This document shows positions 43,601-53,383 of a stretch of DNA of 64,000 bases, one piece after another. Both the position numbers and the translations under genes were made by a program. Each line of letters opens with the position of its first letter. Positions within the stretch are counted from its first letter, which is position 1. Below the pieces are notes generated by a model. The model was not told the DNA's origin, made no database searches, and saw nothing but the letters and a program-made list of their open reading frames with translations. This DNA is from an uncultured Gemmatimonadaceae bacterium (GTDB taxonomy: Bacteria; Gemmatimonadota; Gemmatimonadetes; Gemmatimonadales; Gemmatimonadaceae): the NCBI GenBank assembly GCA_963829055.1, contig CAWHHI010000016.1, positions 992,001 to 1,056,000 of the forward strand, given 5' to 3'.

Positions 43601-44187
43601 AGCGAACGGACCTCGCGGACGCGAAGAACTCGCTGCAGCTCGCCATTCGCGAGATCGACGCGACGGCGCGTGAGCTGTTCCTCGCGACGTTCACGCAGGT
43701 GCGAGAGAACTTCCGGCAGATCTTCATGACGCTGTTCGGCGGCGGCGAGTGCGACCTGCGTCTCGAGAATCCGGACCTGCCACTCGATTGCGACATCGAG
43801 GTGCATGCCTCGCCCCGCGGCAAACGCACGCAGCGCATCAACCTGCTGTCGAGCGGCGAGCGCGCCCTCGTCGCGCTCTCGCTGCTGTTCGGCATCTTCC
43901 TCACGAAGCCGAGTCCGTTCTGTCTGCTGGACGAAGTCGACGCGCCACTCGACGACGCCAACATCGGACGCTTCGTGCGTATGCTCAATCAGTTCAAGGA
44001 CAAGACGCAGTTCATCGTCATCACGCACAACCCGCGCACGACGACCGAAGCAGCGGACGCCGTGTACGGCGTGACAATGCAGGAGCCCGGCGTCTCGTCG
44101 ATCGTGAGCGTGCGCATGCGCGGCTCGGCGGTCGAGGAGTTGGCGGAGCTTCTGGGTGAGCCCGAAGTGGCCGCGGCGCCGGCGTGA
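40660..44187 (+). CDS. smc: Chromosome segregation protein SMC
   Basis: GFKSF, GPNGCGKSN, coiled coils and hinge, LSSGE, LLDEVDAPLD, FIVITH. Confidence 0.95.
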   Translation: MRLTKLELQGFKSFADNTMLAFEPGVTAIVGPNGCGKSNVSDAVRWVLGEQRARLLRGAKMEEVIFQGSSARRAVNLAEVSLHFDNSEGQLPIAFKEVVITRRLSRSGESDYLLNRAPCRLRDIHDLLRGTGLGGDSGVVIESKGIDALLSDRPDDRRELFEEAAGVGLYRDRRRSTERRLEETTTDLSRIDDLIGEVQSQVRSLGRQRKRAERHAELMSRRFSVELTLAEREMRAWHEELGTLEGRVAELREIVPTAEADVSEHEVARDAAHSARAAAEAQRAELARLAAVQRESAQRLRGEIAVAEERQRNALMRRQRAEEEQREGEALGERVQADRERAVAERANLEDEVREAAQELARRATAEEHARRGVAEVRTAVEAAERLARESRDQLRRLEIDREGAARELAEVEQRATVLESERASLADAAASVAREVETADEAVELAQAAVAQADAALADARAAMAEAKENEAAARHELFRADEALTALQGKVHGLESLERERVGLAPAAARLLRERAQFGEGAVLGPLSDFVNASAASALLVERYLGATVHAVVVRDQHAAEVIRRWHATSNPGALLLLPLDAVREANGAASTGELVADVDAAAPAQGWVRALLGNVHALDDGAAFVDARGAVWLPGATGGPGPLRRRAELFALRSELTASEAARQTASAAADAARSALTTANDRVAAASEEASVVQQQWRRAGEQRAELARRLQRAEREVADAAALAGRLQTRANELTERIATLDASASQLGETIAQRDAAIAESRTRLSEAERAQEEAREQRTAGQIAEAQAQARLQVASDRERRLVEEFTSASARLQSLEHELSTLANADRSLAEQMATWQLDLDDRDATLRETDDRLAAAEQAVVAADTALTEADHALDETRRVAHQTADELHHAELRFTELSGRRTAIRERLETEWRKPLDELLQSFTPVEVDDDTLRSEVEQLRAQLESLGVVNPLAIEEHEEETKRLDFLTSQRTDLADAKNSLQLAIREIDATARELFLATFTQVRENFRQIFMTLFGGGECDLRLENPDLPLDCDIEVHASPRGKRTQRINLLSSGERALVALSLLFGIFLTKPSPFCLLDEVDAPLDDANIGRFVRMLNQFKDKTQFIVITHNPRTTTEAADAVYGVTMQEPGVSSIVSVRMRGSAVEELAELLGEPEVAAAPA

Positions 44188-44672
44188 CATCGCCCAAGCA
44201 GCCGTTCGTACTCGCGATCGTAGCGCTCGCCGCGGCCATGGCCGCGGCGATGCCGTTTCAGCGCACCACCGTTCACACCAGCGTGCCGGCGCGACTTCGC
44301 GTCGCGAGCGACACCGGCCGCCCGGCGGTGACGCTGCTCTATCAGAATTTCCCGAACCCGTTTCCGACGGCCGATTCGCGCGTGACGTGCATCTGGTTCG
44401 ATCTCAATCGAACCACGTCGGTGAGTCTTACCGTGCACGACGTGCGTGGCAACCTCGTCCGACGCCTGCTGCCTAACGCATCGACGCCACAGTTCCTGGA
44501 GCCGGGGCGCTACGGGCGCGCGACGCCGACCGCCGAGGAAGGTTGCGATCCGATACTGACGTGGGATGGGCACGCAAACGATGGCTCCCTGGTTCCGCGA
44601 GGCGTCTACCTGATCCGGCTGCAAGCGGGTGGTGTGCAGTGGATCAAGAAGGCGGTCTTTCAAGGCCCGTGA
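44184..44672 (+). CDS. Small secreted FlgD-Ig / T9SS-CTD-like domain protein
   Basis: Signal peptide; [40 protein letters not shown]. Confidence 0.75.
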   Translation: MTSPKQPFVLAIVALAAAMAAAMPFQRTTVHTSVPARLRVASDTGRPAVTLLYQNFPNPFPTADSRVTCIWFDLNRTTSVSLTVHDVRGNLVRRLLPNASTPQFLEPGRYGRATPTAEEGCDPILTWDGHANDGSLVPRGVYLIRLQAGGVQWIKKAVFQGP

Positions 44673-44682
44673 CGGGACCGCG

Positions 44683-45451
44683 ATGCGACTGACGACGATC
44701 GGAACAGGCACCGCCGCCCCTTTGCGCGGCCGCGTGCAAAGTGGGCACCTCGTCGAGGCCGGAGCGGTCCGCCTGCTCATGGACTGCGGAAGCGGCGTCG
44801 CAACGCGAATGGCGGATCTGAACGTGAGGTGGCAGGACATCACGCACCTCGCGATCACCCACTTCCACGCGGATCACGTGGTGGACCTGCCGACGATCCT
44901 CTATGCGTGGCGGTATGGCCAACTGCCCCCCCGCTCGGCGCCACTCGACATCATCGGACCGGCCGGGACACTGCGCCTGCTTTCACAGTTCGCCGGCGTC
45001 TTTGGGGACGGACTCCTCAGCCTCGGCTTCGCGATGTCCGTCCGTGAGCTCGCGCCCGGGGACGGCGTCGACCTCGAACCGCGGCGTGCATCTCCGCTGC
45101 CTCAAGGTTCCACACACAGCGGAGAGCGTGGCATATTCCGTAGAGCACCGGGGGCGTCGAATCGTGTACACGGGCGACACTGGCCCAGACACGGAACTCG
45201 GCGTCTGGGCTTCGGGGTGCGATGTGCTGTTGGCCGAGTGCTCGCTGCCAGACTCGATGGCGATCGCCACGCACCTCACACCCGCGCAGTGCGGCGCGTT
45301 AGGTGCCGCGGCGAAGCCTGGCGTACTCGCCCTCACGCACTTCTATCCACCCGTCGAGCACGTCGACATCCGGGGCGAAGTGGGCGCGCAGTTCGGCGGA
45401 ACGGTGGCTCTGGCCACGGACGGATGGACTCTCGATCTCGAGGAACGGTGA
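44683..45451 (+). CDS. RNase Z-like MBL-fold hydrolase (indel near 45080)
   Basis: [38 protein letters not shown]. Confidence 0.85.
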
Positions 45452-46503
45452 TGCTGGTCGTCATGCAAACGGACGCGACACCGGTCGATGTCGACCGCGT
45501 ATGCGGCGTAATCACGGAGATGGGATATCAGGCGGTGCCAATGCCCGGCGGGCAGCGGACCGCGATCGGAGTCGTGGGCAACGATGGGCGCGTCGATGAT
45601 TCGCGCATCTCCGGATTGCCCGGCGTGGCGCAGGTCATCCACGTCTCCAAGCCGTACAAGCAGGTGTCGCGTGAGTGGCGACCCGAGAACACCGTGGTGC
45701 AGCTCGCGCCCGGCGTCCTCGTTGGTGGCACCGACGTGGTCGTCATCGCGGGCCCGTGCTCGGTGGAGTCGGAGCAGCAGATCGTCACGGCCGCTCGTGC
45801 CGTACGGGCTGCGGGAGCGACGGCGCTTCGCGGTGGCGCATTCAAGCCGCGCAGCTCCCCGTACGCGTTCCAGGGACTCGGTAAGCAGGGCCTCGAGCTG
45901 CTCGCGCTCGCGCGGCGTGAGACGGGTCTGCCCATCGTCACGGAAGCAATGGACGAAGCGGGCGCTCACCTCGTGGCCGAGTACGCCGACTGCATTCAGA
46001 TCGGCGCTCGCAACATGCAGAACTACTCGCTGCTCAAGGTCGTCGGTCGCCTGAATCGTCCGGTGCTGCTCAAGCGCGGCATGGCGGCGACGATCAACGA
46101 CCTCCTGTTGAGCGCCGAATACATCCTCGCCGAGGGGAACTCGCAGGTCATCCTGTGCGAGCGCGGCGTGCGGAGCTTCGACAGCGCAGCAAGGAACATG
46201 TTCGACCTGAACGCAATCCCGATCGTGCATCGGCTGTCGCATCTCCCGATCATCGCCGATCCGAGTCACGGCACTGGGCTTCGTGACAAGGTGACTCCCA
46301 TGGCGCGTGCCGCGGTGGCTGCAGGCGCTGACGGCGTGATCGTGGAGGTGCACCCGAACCCGGACCGCGCGCTGAGCGACGGCGCCCAGTCGCTGTTCCC
46401 GGATCAGTTCGTCAAGCTGGTCGCTGAGCTGCGCCTCATTGCGCGCGCCATCGACCGTGCAATCGCCCTATCGCCCGGAACGGTCGCGATCGAGGTGGGT
46501 TGA
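45451..46503 (+). CDS. aroF: DAHP synthase type I-beta with N-terminal regulatory domain
   Basis: [59 protein letters not shown]. Confidence 0.95.
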   Translation: MLVVMQTDATPVDVDRVCGVITEMGYQAVPMPGGQRTAIGVVGNDGRVDDSRISGLPGVAQVIHVSKPYKQVSREWRPENTVVQLAPGVLVGGTDVVVIAGPCSVESEQQIVTAARAVRAAGATALRGGAFKPRSSPYAFQGLGKQGLELLALARRETGLPIVTEAMDEAGAHLVAEYADCIQIGARNMQNYSLLKVVGRLNRPVLLKRGMAATINDLLLSAEYILAEGNSQVILCERGVRSFDSAARNMFDLNAIPIVHRLSHLPIIADPSHGTGLRDKVTPMARAAVAAGADGVIVEVHPNPDRALSDGAQSLFPDQFVKLVAELRLIARAIDRAIALSPGTVAIEVG

Positions 46504-46694
46504 ATAGACAGGGGACCGGGAACGGAGATCCGGGAACAGGAACTACAGCCGATTACTGGCTGGTCGTCGTGCCTGTGGCTGGGTGACGCTGGAGTGCTGC
46601 TTCACTGGCGCTCGAGGCGCGGCCGCTGGATGATGGCTGCGCTTTGATGGCTTCGTTCCTGCCTGTACCTGACTCGACCATGGAAAGGAGAGCA

Positions 46695-47375
46695 ATGTCA
46701 TTGAATCACATATATGCTGTCGCGCTCGGGGCCGGGCTCGTGCTGGGCGTGCCGAAACAGCAGGGCGCCGTCGATCCGATCATCGACAAGGCGGTCGCGA
46801 CGTACAACAGCACCAAGACGTCCAAGGGAACGTTCGAGCAGGTGATCACGAACCCGCTCACCGGGTCCAAGGCGAACGCCAGCGGCGAGTTCGAACAGCA
46901 GCGGCAGCCCGCGAAGTTCTCTTTCCGGTTCGTGCAGCCGAAGGGCGACATGCTCGTCGGCGACGGCAAGTGGCTGTGGGTATACCTGCCGAGCTCGACG
47001 CCAGGACAGGTCATCAAGGTGCCGATGACCGAGGGCGGCGCCGGAAGTCTCGACCTCGCGTCACGTTTCTTCGACTCGCCGAAGACGCGCTTCAACATCA
47101 CCGACGCCGGCGCGGCGACGATCGCCGGACACGCCACACGCGCGGTCGTGCTCCAGCCCAAGTCGAACGCGGAGCCGTTCACTCGAGCCAAGGTCTGGAT
47201 CGACGTGGCCGACGGCACGCTCCGTCAGTTCGAGACGGTCGAGAATTCAGGCATCACGCGGCTGGTGACGATCACGACCGTCACGCCTAACGCGACAGTC
47301 GACCAGAAGTCGTTCACGTTCAAGCCGCCCAAGGGCGCACGCGTCGTGGATCAGACGGTGCTCGGCGGCCGCTGA
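46695..47375 (+). CDS. lolA: LolA-family outer-membrane lipoprotein carrier
   Basis: GTFEQ, FRFVQPKGDMLVGDGKWLWVY, FTFKPPKGARVVDQ. Confidence 0.8.
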   Translation: MSLNHIYAVALGAGLVLGVPKQQGAVDPIIDKAVATYNSTKTSKGTFEQVITNPLTGSKANASGEFEQQRQPAKFSFRFVQPKGDMLVGDGKWLWVYLPSSTPGQVIKVPMTEGGAGSLDLASRFFDSPKTRFNITDAGAATIAGHATRAVVLQPKSNAEPFTRAKVWIDVADGTLRQFETVENSGITRLVTITTVTPNATVDQKSFTFKPPKGARVVDQTVLGGR

Positions 47376-48244
47376 GCCTCATCGAGCGCCTCGGAAATTT
47401 CCGCGAGGCGCTCAGCCGGTGTACCGCGTTCATGCGCGAGCGTGAGCGCGGCGCGCGATAGCGTGACGTACGCGGCGAGCGCCGGCGCATCGTCCGCGAG
47501 CACCGAGAGATGGCCGCGCACGGACGTCACGTCGCCGCGCGCGATGGGGCCCGTGAGGACGTCGTGCGGACGTCCCTTCTCGAGGTTCGACACGGCGGCG
47601 CCCATGAGCCCAACGGTGGCAGCACGCGCCTGCCCTTCCGCCACGCCGGCTTCTTCGAGCAGCCGCTCGGCAAGCGCCGCCACGACGACCGGAAAGTTCG
47701 CCGCGAACACTGCCGCCGCGTGGTAGCGCGGTTTTTCGCCGGGCGGGATCGTCAGCGCGTGAGCGCCAAGTCGCTCGGCCAGTCTGGTTGCGGCAGCGAT
47801 GGCGAACGGATCGCCGTCCACACCGATCCACGCGTCGCGCAGCAGTTCGACCGCGCGCAGCGGGTCCGCGAGCGGAACGAGCGGGTGCATCGTGCCCACG
47901 CCGTGGCCTCGCACGCGCAGCAGCTCCGCTTCCGCTGGATCCATGGCGCCGCTCGCGTGCAGGATTACCGCCCCTGGCGCCAGGCGCGCCGCCGCGAGCT
48001 GGCGAAGCGCGTCCCCGAGCTGAGCGTCACGCACGGTAACCAGCACGACGGTGGCCGTGCCTAACGCGGACGGCAACTCACCCGCGCTGACGACGGGAAT
48101 GGTCGTGGCGTCGGCGTGCCGTCCGTGCAGACCGACGACGTTCACGCCAGACAAAACGAGGGCGCGGGAGAGCGACCGTCCCGCTCGACCCGCGCCCAAC
48201 ACGAACACTGTGTCATCGCCGCTGTCGGCGGCGCGAGAACTCAC
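47351..48244 (-). CDS. Rossmann-like + DUF2520 oxidoreductase
   Basis: GAGRAG, HASGA, MHPL, YHAAAVFAANF, LTGPIARGD. Confidence 0.9.
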   Translation of the reverse strand: MSSRAADSGDDTVFVLGAGRAGRSLSRALVLSGVNVVGLHGRHADATTIPVVSAGELPSALGTATVVLVTVRDAQLGDALRQLAAARLAPGAVILHASGAMDPAEAELLRVRGHGVGTMHPLVPLADPLRAVELLRDAWIGVDGDPFAIAAATRLAERLGAHALTIPPGEKPRYHAAAVFAANFPVVVAALAERLLEEAGVAEGQARAATVGLMGAAVSNLEKGRPHDVLTGPIARGDVTSVRGHLSVLADDAPALAAYVTLSRAALTLAHERGTPAERLAEISEALDEAQRPPSTV

Positions 48245-49842
48245 TCGCCGCGGCGCCCTTGTTGTGCAGCAACGCGCGCGAGCAGGTCCTTCTGGGTCTT
48301 CACACCGCGCGTCAACTCGACCGCGCGCTGCACGACCGGATCCTCCTGCACGGCACGGCGCCGTTCAGCCGCGACTCCCAGGACGTAGCGCGCGACGTCG
48401 TACCCGATGAAGCGCGACACGAGCGGCGCCGCCGCATCGTAGACGGAGCGATCCATCTCGATGCCGCGCTGCCGCATCCGCTGCCATACGCCATCGCGCA
48501 TCGCGTCCGTCACGACGAAGTCGGGAGACGTTACCGTGTTCGTGCCTTTGAGGCTCATCGCGTACTCGGTGATCGCGTCGCGGAACTGCGGGACCTTGCG
48601 GCCTAACGCGTTCTGAAGCGCCAGCTCGCTCGGTACGACGGTCGTGTCACCGGCGACGATGTCGGGCGTGATTCCACCACCGCCATAGACAATGCGTCCG
48701 CCGTCCGTCTTGAACTTCTCGCGTTCGGCCAACGGAGTGGTTTCGGGCCTGGCGTCGGAGTCATCGCTGTCCGCATCACCCTCGACCTTGTGCGGCTTGG
48801 AGATCGACCGGCCCGACGGTGTGAACCACTTCGCGGTCGTCAACTTGAGCGCGCTGCCGCCGGGTATCGGATACACCGTCTGTGCACTGCCCTTCCCGTA
48901 CGACGTGCGGCCAATGACGACTGCCCGATCGTGATCCTGCAGTGCGCCGGCGACGATCTCGGATGCCGACGCCGAGTACTCATCGACGAGCACGACGATC
49001 GGCAGGTTGGGCCACTGCTGCGAGTATCCGTCCACGAACTCGTGGTTCGCTTCCCGCACTCGGCCCCGCATGTTCACGATCTCCTGTCCCCGGTCGAGGA
49101 ACAGGTCGGATACGCCGACGCCCTGCGTCAGCAAGCCACCCGGATTCGCGCGAAGGTCGAGCACGAGCGATCGCATCCCCGCCTTCGACAGCGAGTCGAT
49201 GGCGTGCGACAACTCCTTTTCGGTCGAGTCGCTGAAGACGTCGAGGTCGACGAAGCCGACGCCGTCGGACAGCAGCAGCGAACGGCCAACCGCGCTGCGG
49301 TGGATCTCCTGCCTAACGAGCGACACCGGGCGGCGCGCACCGGCACGGTCCATCACGACCTGAACCGCCGTGCCCGGAACGCCACGTAGCGCCTTGCTTG
49401 CTTCGGCGATCGTCCAGCCCTTGGCCGATTTTCCTTCGACCTCGACGATGCGATCCCCGGTCTCGACGCCGGCGCGCTCGGCAGGAGACCCGGCGAGCGG
49501 CGATACGACGATCACCCAGCCGTCGCGGACGTCAATCTGAATGCCGACGCCGCCGTAGTTACCGGTCGTGCTCTCGTTGAGCCGAGCGAGCCGGTCGGCG
49601 CGCAGGAAGACGGAGTGCGGATCGTGGAGCCCGTCGAGCATGCCGTCGATGGCCTTTCCGTACAGATCCGACGTGCTCACCGAGTCCACGTAGTAGCGCT
49701 CGATGTGCGTCATGACCTCGTCGAAGAGGCGCGGTCCGGAAACGCTGGAGCCGCCACCGCTGAGGCCGCGTTCGAAGAACCACCCGCCCGTGACGAGCGC
49801 GGTGCTGAGAACCCCTAAGACGACGAACGCGCGAGAGCGCAT
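48241..49842 (-). CDS. S41 carboxyl-terminal processing peptidase
   Basis: DPHS, PDZ GGVGI, DLRANPGG, SASASEIVAGALQD, GKGS.Q, GGITPD. Confidence 0.95.
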   Translation of the reverse strand: MRSRAFVVLGVLSTALVTGGWFFERGLSGGGSSVSGPRLFDEVMTHIERYYVDSVSTSDLYGKAIDGMLDGLHDPHSVFLRADRLARLNESTTGNYGGVGIQIDVRDGWVIVVSPLAGSPAERAGVETGDRIVEVEGKSAKGWTIAEASKALRGVPGTAVQVVMDRAGARRPVSLVRQEIHRSAVGRSLLLSDGVGFVDLDVFSDSTEKELSHAIDSLSKAGMRSLVLDLRANPGGLLTQGVGVSDLFLDRGQEIVNMRGRVREANHEFVDGYSQQWPNLPIVVLVDEYSASASEIVAGALQDHDRAVVIGRTSYGKGSAQTVYPIPGGSALKLTTAKWFTPSGRSISKPHKVEGDADSDDSDARPETTPLAEREKFKTDGGRIVYGGGGITPDIVAGDTTVVPSELALQNALGRKVPQFRDAITEYAMSLKGTNTVTSPDFVVTDAMRDGVWQRMRQRGIEMDRSVYDAAAPLVSRFIGYDVARYVLGVAAERRRAVQEDPVVQRAVELTRGVKTQKDLLARVAAQQGRRGE

Positions 49843-49872
49843 GGTACCCCCCGAGATTGAACTACGGCCGAA

Positions 49873-50553
49873 TCAGGGATGAGACCCGACTGCCGGCCGG
49901 AATGTTTCAGGCCACCGTTGCTCGAGTACGGTGATCACGGCCGACGCGACATCGTCGATGGAACCCGCTCCATCGATCGCGATGACCGGACCCGACTCTG
50001 GGTGACTGCGTTGCCATGCACGATCAGTGAACCGCTCGAAGGCTGCGGCGACCCTGTGGTGAAAGTCATCGTCGGCGGCTTCGATCCGATCCCTCGATCC
50101 GCGACTGTCGGTCCTCGCCAGTGCCGAGGCGACGGGTAGCTGCAGAAGTATCGTAAGATCGGGCACGAGCCCGCCAGTCGCAAACCGGTTCGCGGCCGTG
50201 ACCTCGGTATCCGGGAGGCCCCGACCCTCGATCTGGTATGCATAGGTCGACAGGAAGAATCGGTCCGCGACGACCACGAGGCCCTGGTCGAGCGCTGGCC
50301 GAACGTCCTTTTCGATCAATTCCGCACGCGACGCCATGAACAGGAGCGCTTCAGTCCGAGGCGACAACTCGGGGCCAGGCTCGAGGAGAATGTGTCGAAT
50401 CTGGTTCCCGACGGCCGTTCCCCCAGGCTCGCGAACGCCGAGAAATCGGATCCCGCGCGCGGTGAGCGTCTCGCCGAGCCGCCGGATCTGGGTCGTTTTG
50501 CCGACCCCTTCCGCGCCCTCGAATACGATCAGCTTACCGCGCGGCGGCGTCAT
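49873..50553 (-). CDS. tmk: Thymidylate kinase
   Basis: FEGAEGVGKTTQ, REPGGT, DRFFLSTYAYQ, PDLT. Confidence 0.95.
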   Translation of the reverse strand: MTPPRGKLIVFEGAEGVGKTTQIRRLGETLTARGIRFLGVREPGGTAVGNQIRHILLEPGPELSPRTEALLFMASRAELIEKDVRPALDQGLVVVADRFFLSTYAYQIEGRGLPDTEVTAANRFATGGLVPDLTILLQLPVASALARTDSRGSRDRIEAADDDFHHRVAAAFERFTDRAWQRSHPESGPVIAIDGAGSIDDVASAVITVLEQRWPETFRPAVGSHP

Positions 50554-50903
50554 CCGAGCGTGATGATCGAGCTCGTCGCGCCCTTTCGAATGCCCTCGGT
50601 GATCCAGTTGTTCACCTGGAGCATCGTCTTGTCGAAGTTTTCCTGCGCGGAAATCGCGCGCTGGTAGTTCGGATTCACCTGCACCTTACCGAGCAGATCG
50701 TCGAGCTGCTGCTCCATGTCGGCGGTGGGGTTCTCGCCGCGTTCGATCATGCGCTGCGCCTCGTCGCGAAGCTGATCCATCTTCCGGAGCAGGGCGACGG
50801 CGTCGCGATCGTTGTTGAGAGCGTCATTCGCGCGTTTGACCGCCTGGTACTCGGAGCTCTGTCCAATGAGCCGACCAAGCTCACGCGCTTTTTCGTCGAG
50901 CAT
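50550..50903 (-). CDS. YlbF/YmcA-family regulator
   Basis: DEKARELGRLIGQSSEYQ...QVNPNYQRAISAQENFDKTMLQVNNWI helical pattern. Confidence 0.8.
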   Translation of the reverse strand: MLDEKARELGRLIGQSSEYQAVKRANDALNNDRDAVALLRKMDQLRDEAQRMIERGENPTADMEQQLDDLLGKVQVNPNYQRAISAQENFDKTMLQVNNWITEGIRKGATSSIITLG

Positions 50904-50987
50904 GAGAAGTGGGTTGAGGTACGAAACGAATTGTAATTGACGGAACGAACAAAGTTGCTCAGTTGAAACGGCGCCAACAGCGAAAGG

Positions 50988-51141
50988 GCGCGAAATCCCA
51001 AGAGGCGCGAAATGCCGAACAGCGCCAGATGCCGAACAGCGCCGAGATGCCGAACAGCGCGGAATGCCAGACGGCGCGAAATCCCGAAATGCGCGAAATC
51101 CCAAAGTGCGCGAAATCCCAAAGTGCGCGAAGTCCCGAACG
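50988..51141. repeat. Tandem array of nine ~17-bp units, consensus GCGCGAAAT(C/G)CC(G/A)AANN
   Basis: Units read directly starting at 50988, 51005, 51022, 51039, 51057, 51074, 51091, 51108 and 51125. Confidence 0.9.
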
Positions 51142-51148
51142 GCGCGCC

Positions 51149-51197
51149 AACGGCGGACGACGAACGGCGGACGACGAACGGCGGACGACAAACGGCG
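51149..51197. repeat. 3.5 copies of 14-bp AACGGCGGACGAC(G/A)
   Basis: Read directly. Confidence 0.9.
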
Positions 51198-51246
51198 AGT
51201 AGCGAGCGGAGCCGAAAGCAGGAGGCGCCAGCCGCGACGGTCGCGG

Positions 51247-52123
51247 TCAGCGCCGCCGAGCGAGAACGAAGCGCTCGCGCCCCGTGAGATCCAGATGAAC
51301 GGCGACGTCGGCGTACGCGCCGTCCGTCGCGACGGCTTCGGCGACGAGCGAGGCACGCCGCGTGTCGACCTCGAAGGCAAGGAGGCCTCCCGACTCGAGG
51401 ACCGAGCGCGCTTCATGAATGATCTGACGAGTCGCGGCCAGGCCTTGATCGGCGCTCAGGAGCGCGAGAGGTGGTTCCCAGTCGCGCACCGATGCCGGGA
51501 GCTCCTCCAGCTCGGCAAACGCGATGTACGGCGGGTTGGACACCACCACGCGCGCCCGTACATCGCGGACCGGAGCCAGGAGCGAGCCGTGAAAGAACTC
51601 CACGGGCACGCCGAGGTCATCGCGAAGGAACGCCGCGTTGCTCTCGGCCACCGCGAGCGCGTCGCGCGAGACGTCGGTGGCAATCGACGCGGTCGAACGT
51701 GCCTTCTGTCGCGAGCGCGAGCGCGATGGCCCCAGACCCTGTGCCGACGTCGATGACCGTGCCGCGTCCACCGCGCTCTGCCCCGAGTACGAGGTCCACG
51801 AGAATCTCGGTCTCCTGCCGCGGAATGAGCACGCGTTCGTCGACCGCAAGCGTTAGGTAGCGGAACGCCGCTCGACCAACGGCGTAGGCGAACGGCGCGC
51901 CGCGGCTGCGGGCCGCCGCGGCCCTGCGGGCCTCGTCAACAGCCGTCGCGTCGACCAAGGCGTCGCGATTCGCGGTCGGCCAGAAACGCGGGAGGTCGAG
52001 CACCGCGGCAACGATGTCACGGGCCTCATCACGCGGCGTAGGGACGCCGGCCGATTCGAGCTCCGCGGACAACTCGTTGACCAGCGCGCCTAACGATGCC
52101 GGGGCGGCGGCGTCAGCCCTCAC
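51247..52123 (-). CDS. prmC: Release factor glutamine methyltransferase (indel near 51690)
   Basis: [47 protein letters not shown]. Confidence 0.95.
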
Positions 52124-53180
52124 CGAAATTCTCCTCATCGACGGCCTCCTGCAACGCCTCCACGATGCGTCCAATGTCGCCGTCGAGAATACGCTGCAGA
52201 TCGTGCACCGTGAGGTTGATCCGGTGGTCCGTGACGCGCCCCTGCGGGTAGTTGTACGTGCGGATCTTCCCCGAGCGATCGCCGGTGCCGACCTGCGTCT
52301 TTCGCATACGGGACCGCGCCGCTTCCTGCTCGGCGAGTCTCGCATCGAGAAGACGAGCGCGCAGCACTTCCATCGCCTTCGCCTTGTTCTGGATCTGCGA
52401 GCGCTGGTCCTGCTGCGAGACGACGATGCCGCTCGGGATGTGCGTGATGCGCACCGCTGAGTCGGTCGTGTTCACGCCCTGCCCGCCAGGGCCAGATGCG
52501 CGGAACACATCGATGCGCAGATCCTTGTCGTCGATACTGACGTCGACTTCCTCGGCTTCCGGAAGCACGGCGACGGTCGCCGCCGACGTGTGGATGCGTC
52601 CCTGCGCTTCGGTGGCGGGAACACGTTGCACGCGGTGCGTGCCCGATTCCCAGCGGAGCGCGCCGAACGCGCCGTCACCAGTGACCTTGAACACCGCTTC
52701 CTTGAGCCCGCCTAACGTGCCCTCGGAGTACTGCATCGGCGTCCACTTCCAGCCGCGCCGTTCGAGGAAGCGCGTGTACATGCGAAACAGGTCGGCGGCG
52801 AACAGGGCGGCCTCGTCGCCGCCCGTCCCCGGACGAATTTCGACGATCGCGGGCCGATCGTTGAGCGGGTCCGGGGGGATGAGGAGCGGCTTGAGCTGGC
52901 GCTCTACCTCGGCGATCGCCAGCTCGGCCCGCTCGACTTCGGCGCGCGCCTCAGCGGCCATCTCAGCGTCGTCAACGACAACGAGCTCGCGCGCCTGCGC
53001 GAGCTCGTCATCGAGTTTTTCCAAGCGCTTAGCCAGCGCGACGACGTCCGTGAGTCGTTGGTGCTCACGGCCGAGTGATGCGAGCAGCCGTGCATCACGG
53101 ACCGTTTTTGGATCGAGCAGCTCACGTTCGACGTCCGCCGCGCGCACGAGCGCGTCGGCGAGCCGATCGCGGATGCTCAG
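52113..53180 (-). CDS. prfA: Peptide chain release factor 1 (start uncertain: CTG 53180 or GTG 53147)
   Basis: [23 protein letters not shown] (PxT), [16 protein letters not shown]. Confidence 0.95.
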   Translation of the reverse strand: MSIRDRLADALVRAADVERELLDPKTVRDARLLASLGREHQRLTDVVALAKRLEKLDDELAQARELVVVDDAEMAAEARAEVERAELAIAEVERQLKPLLIPPDPLNDRPAIVEIRPGTGGDEAALFAADLFRMYTRFLERRGWKWTPMQYSEGTLGGLKEAVFKVTGDGAFGALRWESGTHRVQRVPATEAQGRIHTSAATVAVLPEAEEVDVSIDDKDLRIDVFRASGPGGQGVNTTDSAVRITHIPSGIVVSQQDQRSQIQNKAKAMEVLRARLLDARLAEQEAARSRMRKTQVGTGDRSGKIRTYNYPQGRVTDHRINLTVHDLQRILDGDIGRIVEALQEAVDEENFGEG

Positions 53181-53383
53181 GAGGTCGTCTTCCCGTACTT
53201 CTGGCGGAAGCGCTCAACGCGCCCAGCGGTATCGATCAACTTCTGCTTGCCGGTGAAGAACGGGTGGCAGACGTTGCAGATGTCCGTATGGATCTCCGCG
53301 ATGGTGGAGCGCGTCTGGAACGTGTTGCCGCAGGCGCACTTCACGGTGGCGGTCGCGTACTCGGGATGGATATCGGTTTTCAT
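53177..53383 (-). CDS. rpmE: 50S ribosomal protein L31 (Zn-binding form)
   Basis: [29 protein letters not shown]. Confidence 0.97.
   Translation of the reverse strand: MKTDIHPEYATATVKCACGNTFQTRSTIAEIHTDICNVCHPFFTGKQKLIDTAGRVERFRQKYGKTTS

Noticed and set aside
44629..46503. RNase Z-DAHP synthase fusion (624-aa ORF)
   Set aside because: Created by an indel near 45080; the hydrolase ends at 45451, overlapping the aroF start.
50988..51197. CRISPR array
   Set aside because: Units are contiguous 17/14-mers with no unique spacers, and there are no cas genes in the window.
50904..51416. Long N-terminal extension of the YlbF ORF and ORFs through the repeat array
   Set aside because: They are translations of the tandem repeats; a better ATG exists at 50903.
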